NCBI GenBank assembly: GCA_030141605.1
Contig: JAQGDQ010000060.1
Span: forward strand, 682,001 to 746,000
Reading direction: 5' to 3'
Origin: Tubiluchus corallicola
Lineage: Eukaryota > Animalia > Priapulida
Length of the DNA: 64,000 nt
The notes under the pieces are model-generated. The model saw only the letters and a list, made by a program, of their open reading frames with translations, was not told the DNA's origin and did no database searches. This document shows positions 25,985 through 37,058 of the stretch, in pieces; the stretch's first letter is position 1, and each line of letters opens with the position of its first letter. Made by a program: the position numbers and the translations under genes.

Positions 25985-26547
25985 TGTTGGTATCCTTCTG
26001 TCTTGGAAGACAATGGAGTGTGCGCCAAGAGAGTCAGTTATTGATCACATTGATGGAGCTGCAGCGTCGACTATGGCTGAGCAATCCGATCCTGGAACCA
26101 CTGGAGTGGCCTCTCCAGGGCGCACGCCTGGGCAAGGTGTATGGAGATCCTGAGTTGCCCAGACAACAGGAACCCCCCCCCTCTCTTCCTCCCTGGTGTA
26201 GTCCAAAGGAAAGCGGAGCGATACGTTTGGCACCAGGTTGGCTGCAGGAGCTGCCGGAGTCAGAGAGCATGCTGCACTGGTCCGCCTTCGGGGCTCCACT
26301 CTTGATTTGGAAGGTTTACTCCTCTACACATGGCCGTTGGGTCACTTGACCACCTCCGCCCTCTAGCCGTTGGATGCTTGTGCAGCTCCTCCACCTAATG
26401 TCGAGATACAGTGTGGGCATCCCGCAAGCCTACAACACCTGGTATTCCTAGGCGGTCAGCCATCCAAGTACTAACCAGGCTCTACGTTGCTTACCTTCGG
26501 TGATCAGACGAGAACCGGTGTTTTCAACCTGGTATGGCCGTAGACAA
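25985..26547 (-). mobile_element. 5S rRNA-headed retroposon (SINE3-like or 5S/RTE chimera) with 13-bp TSD
   Basis: Minus strand: complete 5S sequence, about 440-bp body, tail ...CATTGTCTTCCAAGACAGAAGGATACCAACA. TSD TGTATTGTTATCT at 25972-25984 and 26548-26560. The body recurs at 46250-46688. Confidence 0.85.
26427..26545 (-). pseudogene. 5S rRNA-derived sequence (full-length retroposon head, probably not a functional rDNA unit)
   Basis: Reverse complement GTCTACGGCCATACCAGGTTGAAAACACCGGTTCTCGTCTGATCACCGAAGGTAAGCAACGTAGAGCCTGGTTAGTACTTGGATGGCTGACCGCCTAGGAATACCAGGTGTTGTAGGCT is clearly metazoan 5S; apparent substitutions in box A and box C, and no oligo-T terminator follows. Confidence 0.88.
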
Positions 26548-28159
26548 TGTATTGTTATCTACGCACATGCTAGTTGTACAGCTATAATGATTGTTAATTA
26601 TTTATGTTTTCATTGGCAGCTCACAGTAACAAAGTTATTAAATCCTAATTTTTGTGTGGTACTTCTATAACACATTCCATCTTACTGTTTTAATTATTAA
26701 GTTAATCTTTTGAGATCTCGTGCCCACTTTAATTGCTGTATTAGTAAGCTACATAATGTATTAGTGAGTTACATAATGCATTAGTGAGTTACATAATGTG
26801 ATTTAAGACATATGAATTTCATGCATAATGTGTAGTCCTCCTGCAACCAAAGAAATTTTTTCATCAATGTAGCAGAAGGTACTGTCCACAGCAGTTTTCT
26901 TGGCATTCATTAGTTTTGCATTGTTATTGATTTCCGTGTTTTAAACTGATTAAATTTTATTAACTTTACTATACCTGTAGCTTTGATCATCATACCTGTA
27001 CACCATGCTATGCTTCTATTCTTGTTGATTTCTCTGCATTGTCTTTAGTTGTAGAATTCTCCTAGTTGTAACTAATGTACACACAAATGTAACACCGTAA
27101 AATTGGTTGCTATTCTTTCATAGTCACTTCAAGTTGTGATGTATGTAGCTGCTAAATGTGATTTGTAATCAGATTATTGTTTTATTGTTATCATTGTTAA
27201 AATTAAAATTATTTTTAGTAGAAAACCTTTTGCCGTGTTTTGTATTTGATTAAAATAAGAACAAAAAGCTTTATTATTTGCATTAACAGACGTTCTAATA
27301 ATGTAACTGTATTGTTGTTGTACTTTGAGACAATAACTACAAACAAGTTTTTGCTTGAAGTTCTAATGAGCTGTTTGAATAGTTTTTCTCAAGAGTATTT
27401 GAATGAAGTCTTACATAGGCATTTCATTCGAATTCTTATGATTAGTTATAATTATTATTGTGACCGTGTACATAATACTGCTGTAACAATTCACATCTTT
27501 CACAGCGAGGATATGTTTATACACTTCAGCACATTGTAAAACTAGGATCCAGCATGCTACTGCATGACCTGTTAAATTTGCAGATTGTTCCAAAAATCAA
27601 TGATAATCCTCTAGGGCATGGGGCTAGTATAAGTATCGTAGCCATATTCGAATATGTATACATTATTTTCCCGGAAAGGTAGCTAGTAACTACGACTACT
27701 TATCTCATCACAGACAAGACAACTTTAAAAGTTACCCATCCATTTGCTAAAACCGGCTCAGCGCTATTCAACTATGATAGCTAAACACACTTGGTTTAAT
27801 GACCAATAATTATCATGTCACATCTGATAGAATATTGCTGAGCCTATGATGGTAGTAGGGGTAGCTTATTTGATGAACAAATAGTGGTCCTTTGCTGCCA
27901 CTTCTCTTGCATCCTCCTAACACATTTCATATTTTCATGCACATATTATCGTAATTGTTAATTAGTTATTATAACTATAATCTACCTTGTGTTGTATGTG
28001 AATAAGTCTATATGAGCTTCATGTGCACGTAATAAAAAATTCTTTATTGTCAATATTCAATAGGCTGTTATTGCGGTCGCCTGTAAAATTCTGCATGTCT
28101 GCGCCTCTGCTGGTAGGACATTTTGTAGGGGAGTTCAAGTTTAAGTTTTCAACTTTAAG

Positions 28160-28176
28160 TTTTTTCTCTTTTATCC
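28160..28176 (+). promoter_or_regulatory. TCT / 5'TOP polypyrimidine initiator of RPS24
   Basis: TTTTTTCTCTTTTATCC about 30-45 nt upstream of the ATG|GT first exon end, as expected for ribosomal protein genes. Confidence 0.7.
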
Positions 28177-28203
28177 TGACTGTAGACTGAAAAGTCGTGA
28201 AAA

Positions 28204-31200
28204 ATGGTTAGTCGTTAAAGAAAAGTTTAATTAGATTCAGAAATTAACATATGAATCAAAAATTGTTGAAAATCGTTAATGATAGATTCAATTTTTCATT
28301 TTTTTCTTAAAATTTATACCTTCGTAATTTTCTTTGCAGTTGACATCATGATATGTCGTAATTTGGACAGCCTGGGTACATAATAAATTAATTAATATTA
28401 ATAATATTGGTTAATATTGATAATAATATTGCCCTACTGGTTAATTTTGAATGGCTTGATACGTCGTTATGGCAAGTTTTGAGATCGTGCTAGACTGCAA
28501 CAAGTTCTTTGTACGTGTTCTTCATTGTAGAAATTTCGTTGTTAGACTTAAAAATTATTTTTAGAATAAGCATAACCTTTCTTACACATCGTTATGGTAC
28601 GGAAACAAAGTAGTATAGTCTACATGTCCAGTATTTCCGTTTAGTCCAATTTGGTGTGCATGTGAATAGTGGACACACCGTCTGTATACATTTAGGTGAG
28701 CATGACTCTTCACACTGTTTTTTGTTTAAATCAATTGCCAGTTTAACGTTTTACTTTAGGGTGAGGCTACAGCAACGATTAGGACGCGGAAGTTTATGAC
28801 TAATCGTCTTCTGAGCAGGAAGCAAATGGTTGGTTACTTTCAAGTTTATGTCAAATGAAATTTTCCAGTTTAATGTAATTTTGCTGAACAGTTCTTGAGA
28901 ATGTTGGCATGGTATTGGTCACAGCGTAATAGTTGTAAAATTGCAATTTCTTTTACTGAAAATTTCATGAATAGTGTAACTGTTAAACTTACATGTTATA
29001 TATATATATATATACATATGCATACAGGTCATCATTCTTAAATCTTACTGTTTTATTTCCACGAATTTCCAAGCAATACTTTACAAGTACTTTTTATGGT
29101 TGTCGCAAAGCTGTTTTTTTTATTTTAGGCTTGGACAATTTTGAGAGATGTACAAATTTGTCCAGATATTCTTAATTTACTTCTGTTATAATGCGTAGTT
29201 AGACACTTACTTAACTAATTCTGTATATTTGTTGATTCTTATTACTGACAGTTATTTTGTAACATTTTTATTTGTGTTCTTTCTAACCAAAACCTTGAGT
29301 AAGTCGGCATAGTTGAAACTACGTTATGATGCTTCGAAGTGGCCTGCATTAAAAATTGAGTCAAATGTCATTTTTTATTTTTTTACAAATACAGATGCTA
29401 AATATATTTCACGTAAATGTTGTAGCATCAAACATAAAGAGTTAATTTTATAACTTCCTACACATATCTGTGCCTAAAAACTAGTATTGCGTTTGTCGGA
29501 AACTCGTATTTTCAAACTCCGATAGTAGCTCCTGGAAGGAGTCATTTTGTTTGCGGTTTTTTCTGTTGACAAGTCCAGACTTTCGTTTGGAAGGGCCGTC
29601 TACATGATTTAAACATGACTTCATTGTACTTTGGTAAAGTCCATAGCAACCACTCTGCTTTCTAAGTGTTTTTCTAGAAGTGCGACAAAAAACAATGGCA
29701 ACTTTAACAGTGATTTTCTCAAGATTACATTTTTTAGTGTACAGCCTGCATCTCAACTTCAACATTGATTTTCTCAGCTTAGAAATAACACAGAGTGATA
29801 TTGATGAGCTTGGTATCATAATGATATTCATGAAGTGGAGATTCAGGATATCGTGAATAACTAGAAAAGGTTAATTGCTGACTTGTGGACAATTTCACTA
29901 TGCAAGCAGACATTTACTGTTAGCATCAATATGTACTCTGTTGTTGGCTGTATATAATCAATAGATTATTGGTCTTTAATAAATGTTTTACATAGAAAGT
30001 ATGAACTCTGAAAATGGCTGTCTACAGCTCTAGGGGAGGTCCTCGTCATTCCTTACTTTAAACTTATTGTTTTATTTTGTATTATTAATATAACAACATG
30101 TATCAGTTTTAGTTAGTTTGTTTTGTTTCATCTCACAACTATTATTTTAAACTAGGCTTTATTTAGAGTCATTCTGTGAAAAAAGCCTGCAACTAAACCG
30201 TGATTTTAACTTATTTATGAATGTGTATTGTTGTTATTATTAGTAACTATAATTTATTTGAAAAACGTTTGGAAAGTACACACTGACTTGATTATATCAG
30301 AGTAGTAGATTAACAGACAATTTAAGAAAACAAAGCCGAAAAAAATGCCTCTATAGTCGCAATTTGTATATTTATTTATTGTGCATTAACTTCAAATGTG
30401 AATTATATTTGGCAGGTTGTAGATGTATTACATCCTGGCAGATCCACTGTACCTAAAACAGAAGTTCGGGAAAAGCTTGCACAGATGTATAAAACAACCC
30501 CAGACGTGGTATTTGCATTCGGGTTCAGAACGCAATTCGGAGGTGGGAAGACAACCGGCTTTGCTCTAATTTACGACTCTCTCGACTATGCGAAAAAGTT
30601 AGAACCGAAGTATCGGCTAGCACGGGTAAGAAACGTCACAGGCAGCTTGAAGGTGCGGTGCAGGATTGTATTGTGGTGCAATGCTTGTTTTGGTGCGACT
30701 TCGGTGTGATTATGCTTAGGATGCTATCAGTTTTCTATTGTAGGCTCTGACCGGTATTTTCTTAACAGTGACATCATTGCTCGGGCACGTTGCTTTTTGA
30801 AATTTTCTAAATAATTTCATTTCATTGAAATGACACAAGGATTTGGAACTTAAAGGAAGACAAGATGATTTTTCATATATTACCGCATTTTCCACAAAAG
30901 CGTTTCTGATAATTAAATAATAGATAAAAAACTTAATTAATGACGTGCAAGTCCAACTATTGATGACGTCACAAACTAACATAATTTTCAACAGCAAAAA
31001 TATTCCACGAGCGTGTTGCACGTGTTTGCGAAAGCGAAATTTGAAGTACAGAGTTACAGGCAAGTTCTAAGATAAAAATTCGAGTTTCAAATTTACTGCT
31101 ATACTCCTACAAAAGCTATCGAATGTATGTAATTTGCCACAAACTAACACATCTGAACTGAGAGGTATGGCACCTGTTTTTTGTGCAATGCATTTTTGAA

Positions 31201-34200
31201 ATGCTGGCGCTAGTGCCCGTCTAACTAGCTAATGGCGAAATGCATGTTACACCGAAGAACTAGTGACGCAAACGTGAAATTGTGTTTGTGTGGTAATAAT
31301 TATTTCACATTTATCTCGCATTTTTGAAAAAATAGTATGTTTCCTTTCAATATCTTAAAGAGTAGATTATCTTGACATACAGTATAAGATTGAGTCCGGT
31401 TTTGCTTTAAGCAGGTTATGGGCCCGGGTAGAAGATAGGGCAAATTTAGCTTTGGGCCCTTGGCCTTGGGCATTTTCTGCCCAGATTTAAAATACCAGAA
31501 CTAGAGCAGTCAGCTTGTTACTAGAGTTGGACTGGGGGCAGTTTTGAACTCTTGTAAGTTATAAGAGCCAAGCAGAAACGTATAAAATATTTCCGAGTGA
31601 GAGATACGGTTGTAAACTAGAGGCAGCTACACTTTCAGTGTGATGCGACACTTTCAGCTCATGCTTTAGTTTTAGTGTTGAGGTGATTTGGAATATTCCT
31701 GTAATCTGGCCGACAATAAAAATACTTCTGTTTCCGTTTAATCGCCCGGGTAATATTTTTTATCACGCACCCATCCGGGAATTTCATAATCTTTTTGTAC
31801 GTTCATATACTTACTTGACGCAGTCATAGAAAAGCATATTTTTTAATTTATAACTTAAAACGCAATAATTATTATAGCATTGTTCTATAAAAATATAGCA
31901 GGATACTGCCATGTTTTTCCACGACTAACTCTCGGCCAGGGTTGCCGTTCTGTATGATGCTCATTGTATTGGGGGTTAAAAGTATCGAATTTTCCGCCAA
32001 AATGGCCAAATTGGCTGCTTAATGTAATAATCGGGTGTATAACAATCGATCCGCTTATATTTGCTGCTGACCAGTGGTAAATAAACAAACTTTGATTTCA
32101 ACTGATTTTAAATATTCCACAATTCAGCTTTAAACCTTCACAAAGCTTTAAAAAAATTTGCTCCCTCCCTACTGACTTCTTTTTAGCTCACCGTGTTTAT
32201 TTGTTCAGACTTTTACGTTTCATTAAGCCTTTGCCTAATGGTATTTTGTAAGTTTTTCACATGTTTTGTGCTGACGCAGAAAAAGGCGTTGACACCAGTG
32301 GAAGTTAAACGATTTTTCCTTCACTTTCAGCACGGCCTTTACGAGAAGAAAAAAGTGGCGCGAAAGCAGAGGAAGGAACGTAAAAACAGACAGAAGAAAG
32401 TTAGAGGAACGAAAAAAGCCAAAGTTGGTACCGGCAAGAAGGTAGTTTTTCAATTTTTATTTCTGCTGTTTCTTAAAGAAAACATTGAAAGTTCCTACGC
32501 TGTTTTGGCCCTGATTGTGTATACATGTCATTGCTAATATTTTGCTTAAGAGCTTTGCTCATTCGTTGATTGTTATTTGCTGCATACCAAAGTATTTAAT
32601 TCATCAAAGTTTTAGTAAGTATTAATAACCAATAGCTGACTGATAGTAATATAAATTCAACTGGTGATATCATACTCTTACAAATCCTGCTTTTTTAATA
32701 AACTGTAAAATGTTAAAATTCTGTGGCAGAGTTTATTAAATTTAACTAATAATAAGTCTTACTGTTACCCACTGTCAATTGTTAAATAAAATGGCTGCAC
32801 CCTGGCCACAGTTTACTTCATAATTTACTTTAACTTATTTTGTACCAGTGTTAATGATTTTGTGTTCAAAACTTCGAGAAAAAACCGTTTTATATCATTA
32901 ATTCTGAGAATTCTTGTGACTCCATCATGCATTTGCTAAATTGCTTATGAATGTCTGTCGAAATTGCACGACTGCTAAACATTTTTTGGTAATCTTTTAA
33001 TTTTATACAGAGATAATGAGCTTCTTATCATGGTGGTGGGAGTAAGTAAGCATTGTGTAGACTTTGTGTTTGCATGTTCTTAACGGTCATGTAAAAATAT
33101 CTCTATATTATTTAAGGCTGTAACGATACACCCAAGTCACGATACGATGCATATCACGATACACATTGAGTTAACGTTTGCTGGCAGTAATAAGAAAAAA
33201 ACTAGATTAAGTTGTTGCTTAATCTAATATGTGTGTGTGTGTGTGTGTGCGTGTTTGTGTGTGTGTGCGCGTGTGTGTGTTAGATTTATCAAACTATCTT
33301 AAGATTTCTAAGTGCTAAAATAATTCAGCAAACTGTTTGATTTCTGTTTATATTATTGCATTGTTTGGATTGTAAGCCATCAGAAATGCAAAACAGTTCA
33401 ATGCTTTTGATTTAAAATATGTTGGTGCATTTTATAGTCTACATTTGCTGCAAGCCATTTCAGAAACTTACAAGCAAAAACAAAGCCAAGTCTGCTCCCC
33501 TGCTAATGCTTTGCTCACTGCACTGATTATGACCACTGAGTTAAACTCTGTGTAGTGAAACTGCAGTATATTCTACAGCTGTAGCTTGAATTATTTCTCA
33601 GTTTTTATCAGCTTGTGCTAAATATCAATGATTCAGGTTATCACGATACTGGTTCACTTTGATGATACACGTATCGTCACAACAGAAATCACCATGCATC
33701 GACGTATCGTTACAGGCCTACTATGATTAGTGTTGATTGCCAGCAACCTGTTTCTTTTCTACGTAAAAACAACATGTTGCATGTATATACATGGCTGCCT
33801 TTAATGCAGAATGGAAAAACACTGAAGTACTGTACCTTTGTGAAATTTTACTTTCTGCATGGTTCATGAGAAACACATCAGTGGTTTTATTAGATAGGTC
33901 ATTTTACAAAACAATTTTGCATGTAGTATAGGAAATTCAGTTATGTAATTTGTCAAGAGACGATGAAGGTGCAGATCGCTCATCTACTGGCAATAAGCTT
34001 TTTCACGGTTCCAGCGATTGATGATGATCATGAAAAGGTCAAAGATTAAGTGTATAAGACAACGCATTTGTGTACAGGACACTTGATAACGCCTCTCAGC
34101 CCATACTATTGTAATAGTAACAGTTTTAACAGCTAGCTAGAACCTTACCTAGTTCATTTTTCTTGTTCCCAAGCAAGATCCTACTAGCAAATCACTCTAT

Positions 34201-35236
34201 GCACAGACTAATGCATAATTAAGTAAAGTTCACATAAAAAACAACTGAAGTTACTGAACTGATGCGGCAGCTGGGTTTGTTTTACCCACGTCACGTCATG
34301 GTTGTAGTTAGGATGCTTTGCTGTGGTACACTTAACCTTTGACCTACAGCAACTGTGCGTGCGCACAACAAAACTGTGAAAAGGCTTATTTATGACCACA
34401 AAATTGGACTCAGATTCCTCTTAATTATTTGCATAGTTCAGCATGCTAAATTTTTGCACTGAACTGGGCCTTGGCAAATTGTACCCAGTTTGATCTGTGG
34501 ATTGTCATTTAGCTGAAAAATTATTTTAGTTTTGTCTTTTGATTGCATGTTGCTTGTAAATTGTAAGAATAAAATTAGAAATAACATTCACATTTAACGG
34601 CAGTGTTCTATTAATATCAACATTATCAAAAGTGAGACTGTACGAAAGATCTTATACTTGTTAGAAGTCTACTTTTAAATTTAAAAATTTGAAGCAACAT
34701 GTTAACGTTGATTTAGAAGTGTGAATTTTTATTAAAGATTGCACAAAATCTTTTCCTTGTGTGCAATGCAACTTTGAAATACATGTAATGCGCGAGTAAA
34801 CGTCAGATCTTCTGTCAAGCCAATTTCTTGTATGATACATTTGCTTACACGTTGAATATTGAGCACCGTTTCTTTTTATGCAAATAATTGCCAAAGAGAT
34901 CGAATTTGTAAATTAACTATTATGTATATAAACTTTTCGCATTTTCATGGTAGGTAAAAAAGAAAGTATAAGAACTATATGTAGTATCAGTTAGCAAGAT
35001 ATGTAATTTGATAATGATTTAAGCTAAAGCATTTCACTGTCAGTAGTTTTTCTTGAGGAACATACATAATTGACCGACTTGCATTTTTACTATTTAAATT
35101 TCTGACGATAATTATCTTTTTTTAAAAATTGGATATTTCGCTAGTTTTCTAAATTCACTTAGTGTATTTTATAATTCTGTACCTCGTGACCTGCATTACT
35201 GTATATGTAAGCTAATGACACTTTCCTTTCCAGTGA
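28204..35236 (+). CDS. RPS24: 40S ribosomal protein S24 (eS24). Exons 28204-28206 (ATG only), 28760-28828, 30416-30625, 32331-32441; stop supplied by a downstream exon (TGA 35234-35236, or AGA TAA 33011-33016)
   Basis: M|[23 protein letters not shown]|VVDVLHPG...[36 protein letters not shown]|HGLYEKKK...[24 protein letters not shown]; all phase-0 GT-AG introns. The terminal exon is inferred from splice signals. Confidence 0.95.
29291..29874 (-). mobile_element. Possible decayed piggyBac-like remnant in RPS24 intron 2
   Basis: Ends AAAAGG-TTAA; minus-strand frames give fragments YHYDTK and RCRLYTKK...ITVK that resemble the Cys-rich C-terminus of piggyBac transposases, with frameshifts and stops. 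Confidence 0.3.
33011..33041 (+). other. RPS24: Candidate RPS24 alternative cassette exon (31 nt, encodes R-stop)
   Basis: Acceptor TCTTTTAATTTTATACAG (AG 33009-33010), starts AGA TAA, donor GTAAGT at 33042, TGCATG at 33071. Confidence 0.6.
33113..33720. mobile_element. hAT-type MITE in an RPS24 3' intron, with internal (TG)n
   Basis: TIRs TAAGGCTGTAACGATAC / GTATCGTTACAGGCCTA; degenerate 8-bp TSD ATATTATT/CTATGATT; related copy at about 37388-38649. Confidence 0.75.
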
Positions 35237-35725
35237 GTTGCTGACTGGATCCACTGTAGCTAAAGTAGTTACAGTTTGAATGACTGAATCCACCATGGGT
35301 GAAGTAGATGCAGTTTCAACAATGATATTTGTGTAAATATTAATTGGGAAGAAAAAAAAACGGCAATTTTATCAAGCAAATCTTGTTTGGAGTTTTCCAT
35401 TTGCCTGTTGAAGTAACATTAATGGTAACATTGGTGTGAAACTGAAACCAAACAGTGCACTGGCATTACATTAATTTGTAGCTTTGTCTTTTCACTTTGT
35501 GCTGTGAGCCAAACTCACCATGAAAACACAAACAAACATTCTCCAATGCTTGTGTAGATTTTTTTTTAATGTTCTGGCTTTATTATTAAAGGAAATGCAT
35601 GAAATGCTCTCACTTTTGAAACTGTTCGCTTAAGTCATTTTTTATACAATTTTACCGTGCATTAGCCAAATTTTGCAAGGATTGAAGTATAACCTATCAG
35701 TGAAACCGCATTAACTACAGAGCAG

Positions 35726-36129
35726 TAGAGGTGAGCATCGAACATTCGAATGCGATTCAAATAAGTTTTTTTAATTCAAATTTGATTCGAACCTAAAATT
35801 ATAAGTTCGAATAATTTGGCACTTTGGCCACATACGTTCTGTATCATTAAAAATCTTTGAAACAGCATGCATGGCATGCAATTAGCAGAATTTAGCTGCA
35901 GTTTCTGTGCAAAATTTTTAACAAACTAATAGTGGCTTACTGCAAAACAAAATAAAGTAATATGCACAATATTTGTAAGACCAATTTTTGCTACTGGTCG
36001 AAAACTTCTTCGAAAATCTTTCAAACTCGATTCGGATTTGAAGTACTGAAATTTGGTTCGATTTTAATTCGAAAGTCACAAATTTGATTCTGTTCGAATT
36101 CATTTTCTGGTAGAGAATGCTCACCCCTA
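35726..36129. mobile_element. hAT-type MITE between the RPS24 and RBM22 3' ends
   Basis: TIRs TAGAGGTGAGCAT / ATGCTCACCCCTA; many subterminal TTCGAA/GATTCG motifs; TSD degenerate. Confidence 0.7.
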
Positions 36130-37058
36130 CCAAGCACAATAATATCAATGAACTCCTCAGAAGAGTTTGTTAAAATAACAAATGTGGAAAGTTAGATTTC
36201 TCTTGTCAGAGCGCATTTTCCATTGGAACCTCCAACCTGATTAATCGCATGGCATTGGAATAACACACACTGTAGAGCAAAGGAGAGAATCGGGTTGCTT
36301 AAGCCACCACACTGTACATGTAAAGCCAAACAACCATGAGATTAGATGCGTTAAAATTAAGTTGAGAACAGTGGCAGCTCGTGTATTGGGACTGTGGAAT
36401 TGCAGCACCCCCTATTTTCACTCGATATTATCGATAATATTCAATATAATGAGTTCTCTTGTATGGAACCAGAGCACGTGACGGAACTGTGCAGTTCACA
36501 GATCCAGCTCTGTGCGCCCACAACTGCAGTAAGCTTGTGTCTGTGCACATGCTGAAGATAAGATGCTGCACTCTAGGTAGAAAGAGCACTGTCATTCATT
36601 CAGTGTGTGTGCACATGTCCAAGATAAGATGGTGCACTCTAGGTAGAGAGAGTACTGTCATTCACTCAGTGTGCGTTGTCAGTTGTCATGCGCTTCAAAA
36701 CCGTCTACCGGCATATTCTTGCATGTGATAATTTTTACACATACTAAAACAATGGCTAAAAATTTTCTGAAGCAGCACCCCCACTAATTTTAGCAATGAG
36801 CCGCCACTGGTTGAGAAGGAAAATTGTTTTTTCGTGATACTTTCTTTAGTCATAATAGATTTTAGCATGCTTAAACACAAGACGTGTGTACAAAAACAAA
36901 CTACAAGAGCTGCTATGTATTTTATGACCTTAAGCCAGGCAGTTTAGATTTAAAATTGCAGATCGTTGTCCTGAGTTGAGTAGAAATTGATGAAACAAAA
37001 CCATGCACATCAATAATGATACAATTTTACAACGTATAATTCCACGGCGCTAACTTTG

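Noticed and set aside
25863-26349. GC-rich overlapping ORFs (also 46373-46824)
   Set aside because: Fall in the retroposon body; frames are not preserved between the two copies.
26427-26545. Functional 5S rRNA gene
   Set aside because: Single copy, no oligo-T terminator, apparent internal promoter substitutions, fused to a repeat body within a TSD.
28207-32330. Intronic snoRNAs in RPS24
   Set aside because: No convincing C/D box pair with terminal stem or H/ACA structure seen by eye; an Rfam/snoscan search would be needed.
32616-32618. 3-nt TAA microexon in RPS24 (TTTTAG|TAA|GTATTA)
   Set aside because: Poor pyrimidine tract and weak donor; expected by chance in AT-rich DNA without read support.
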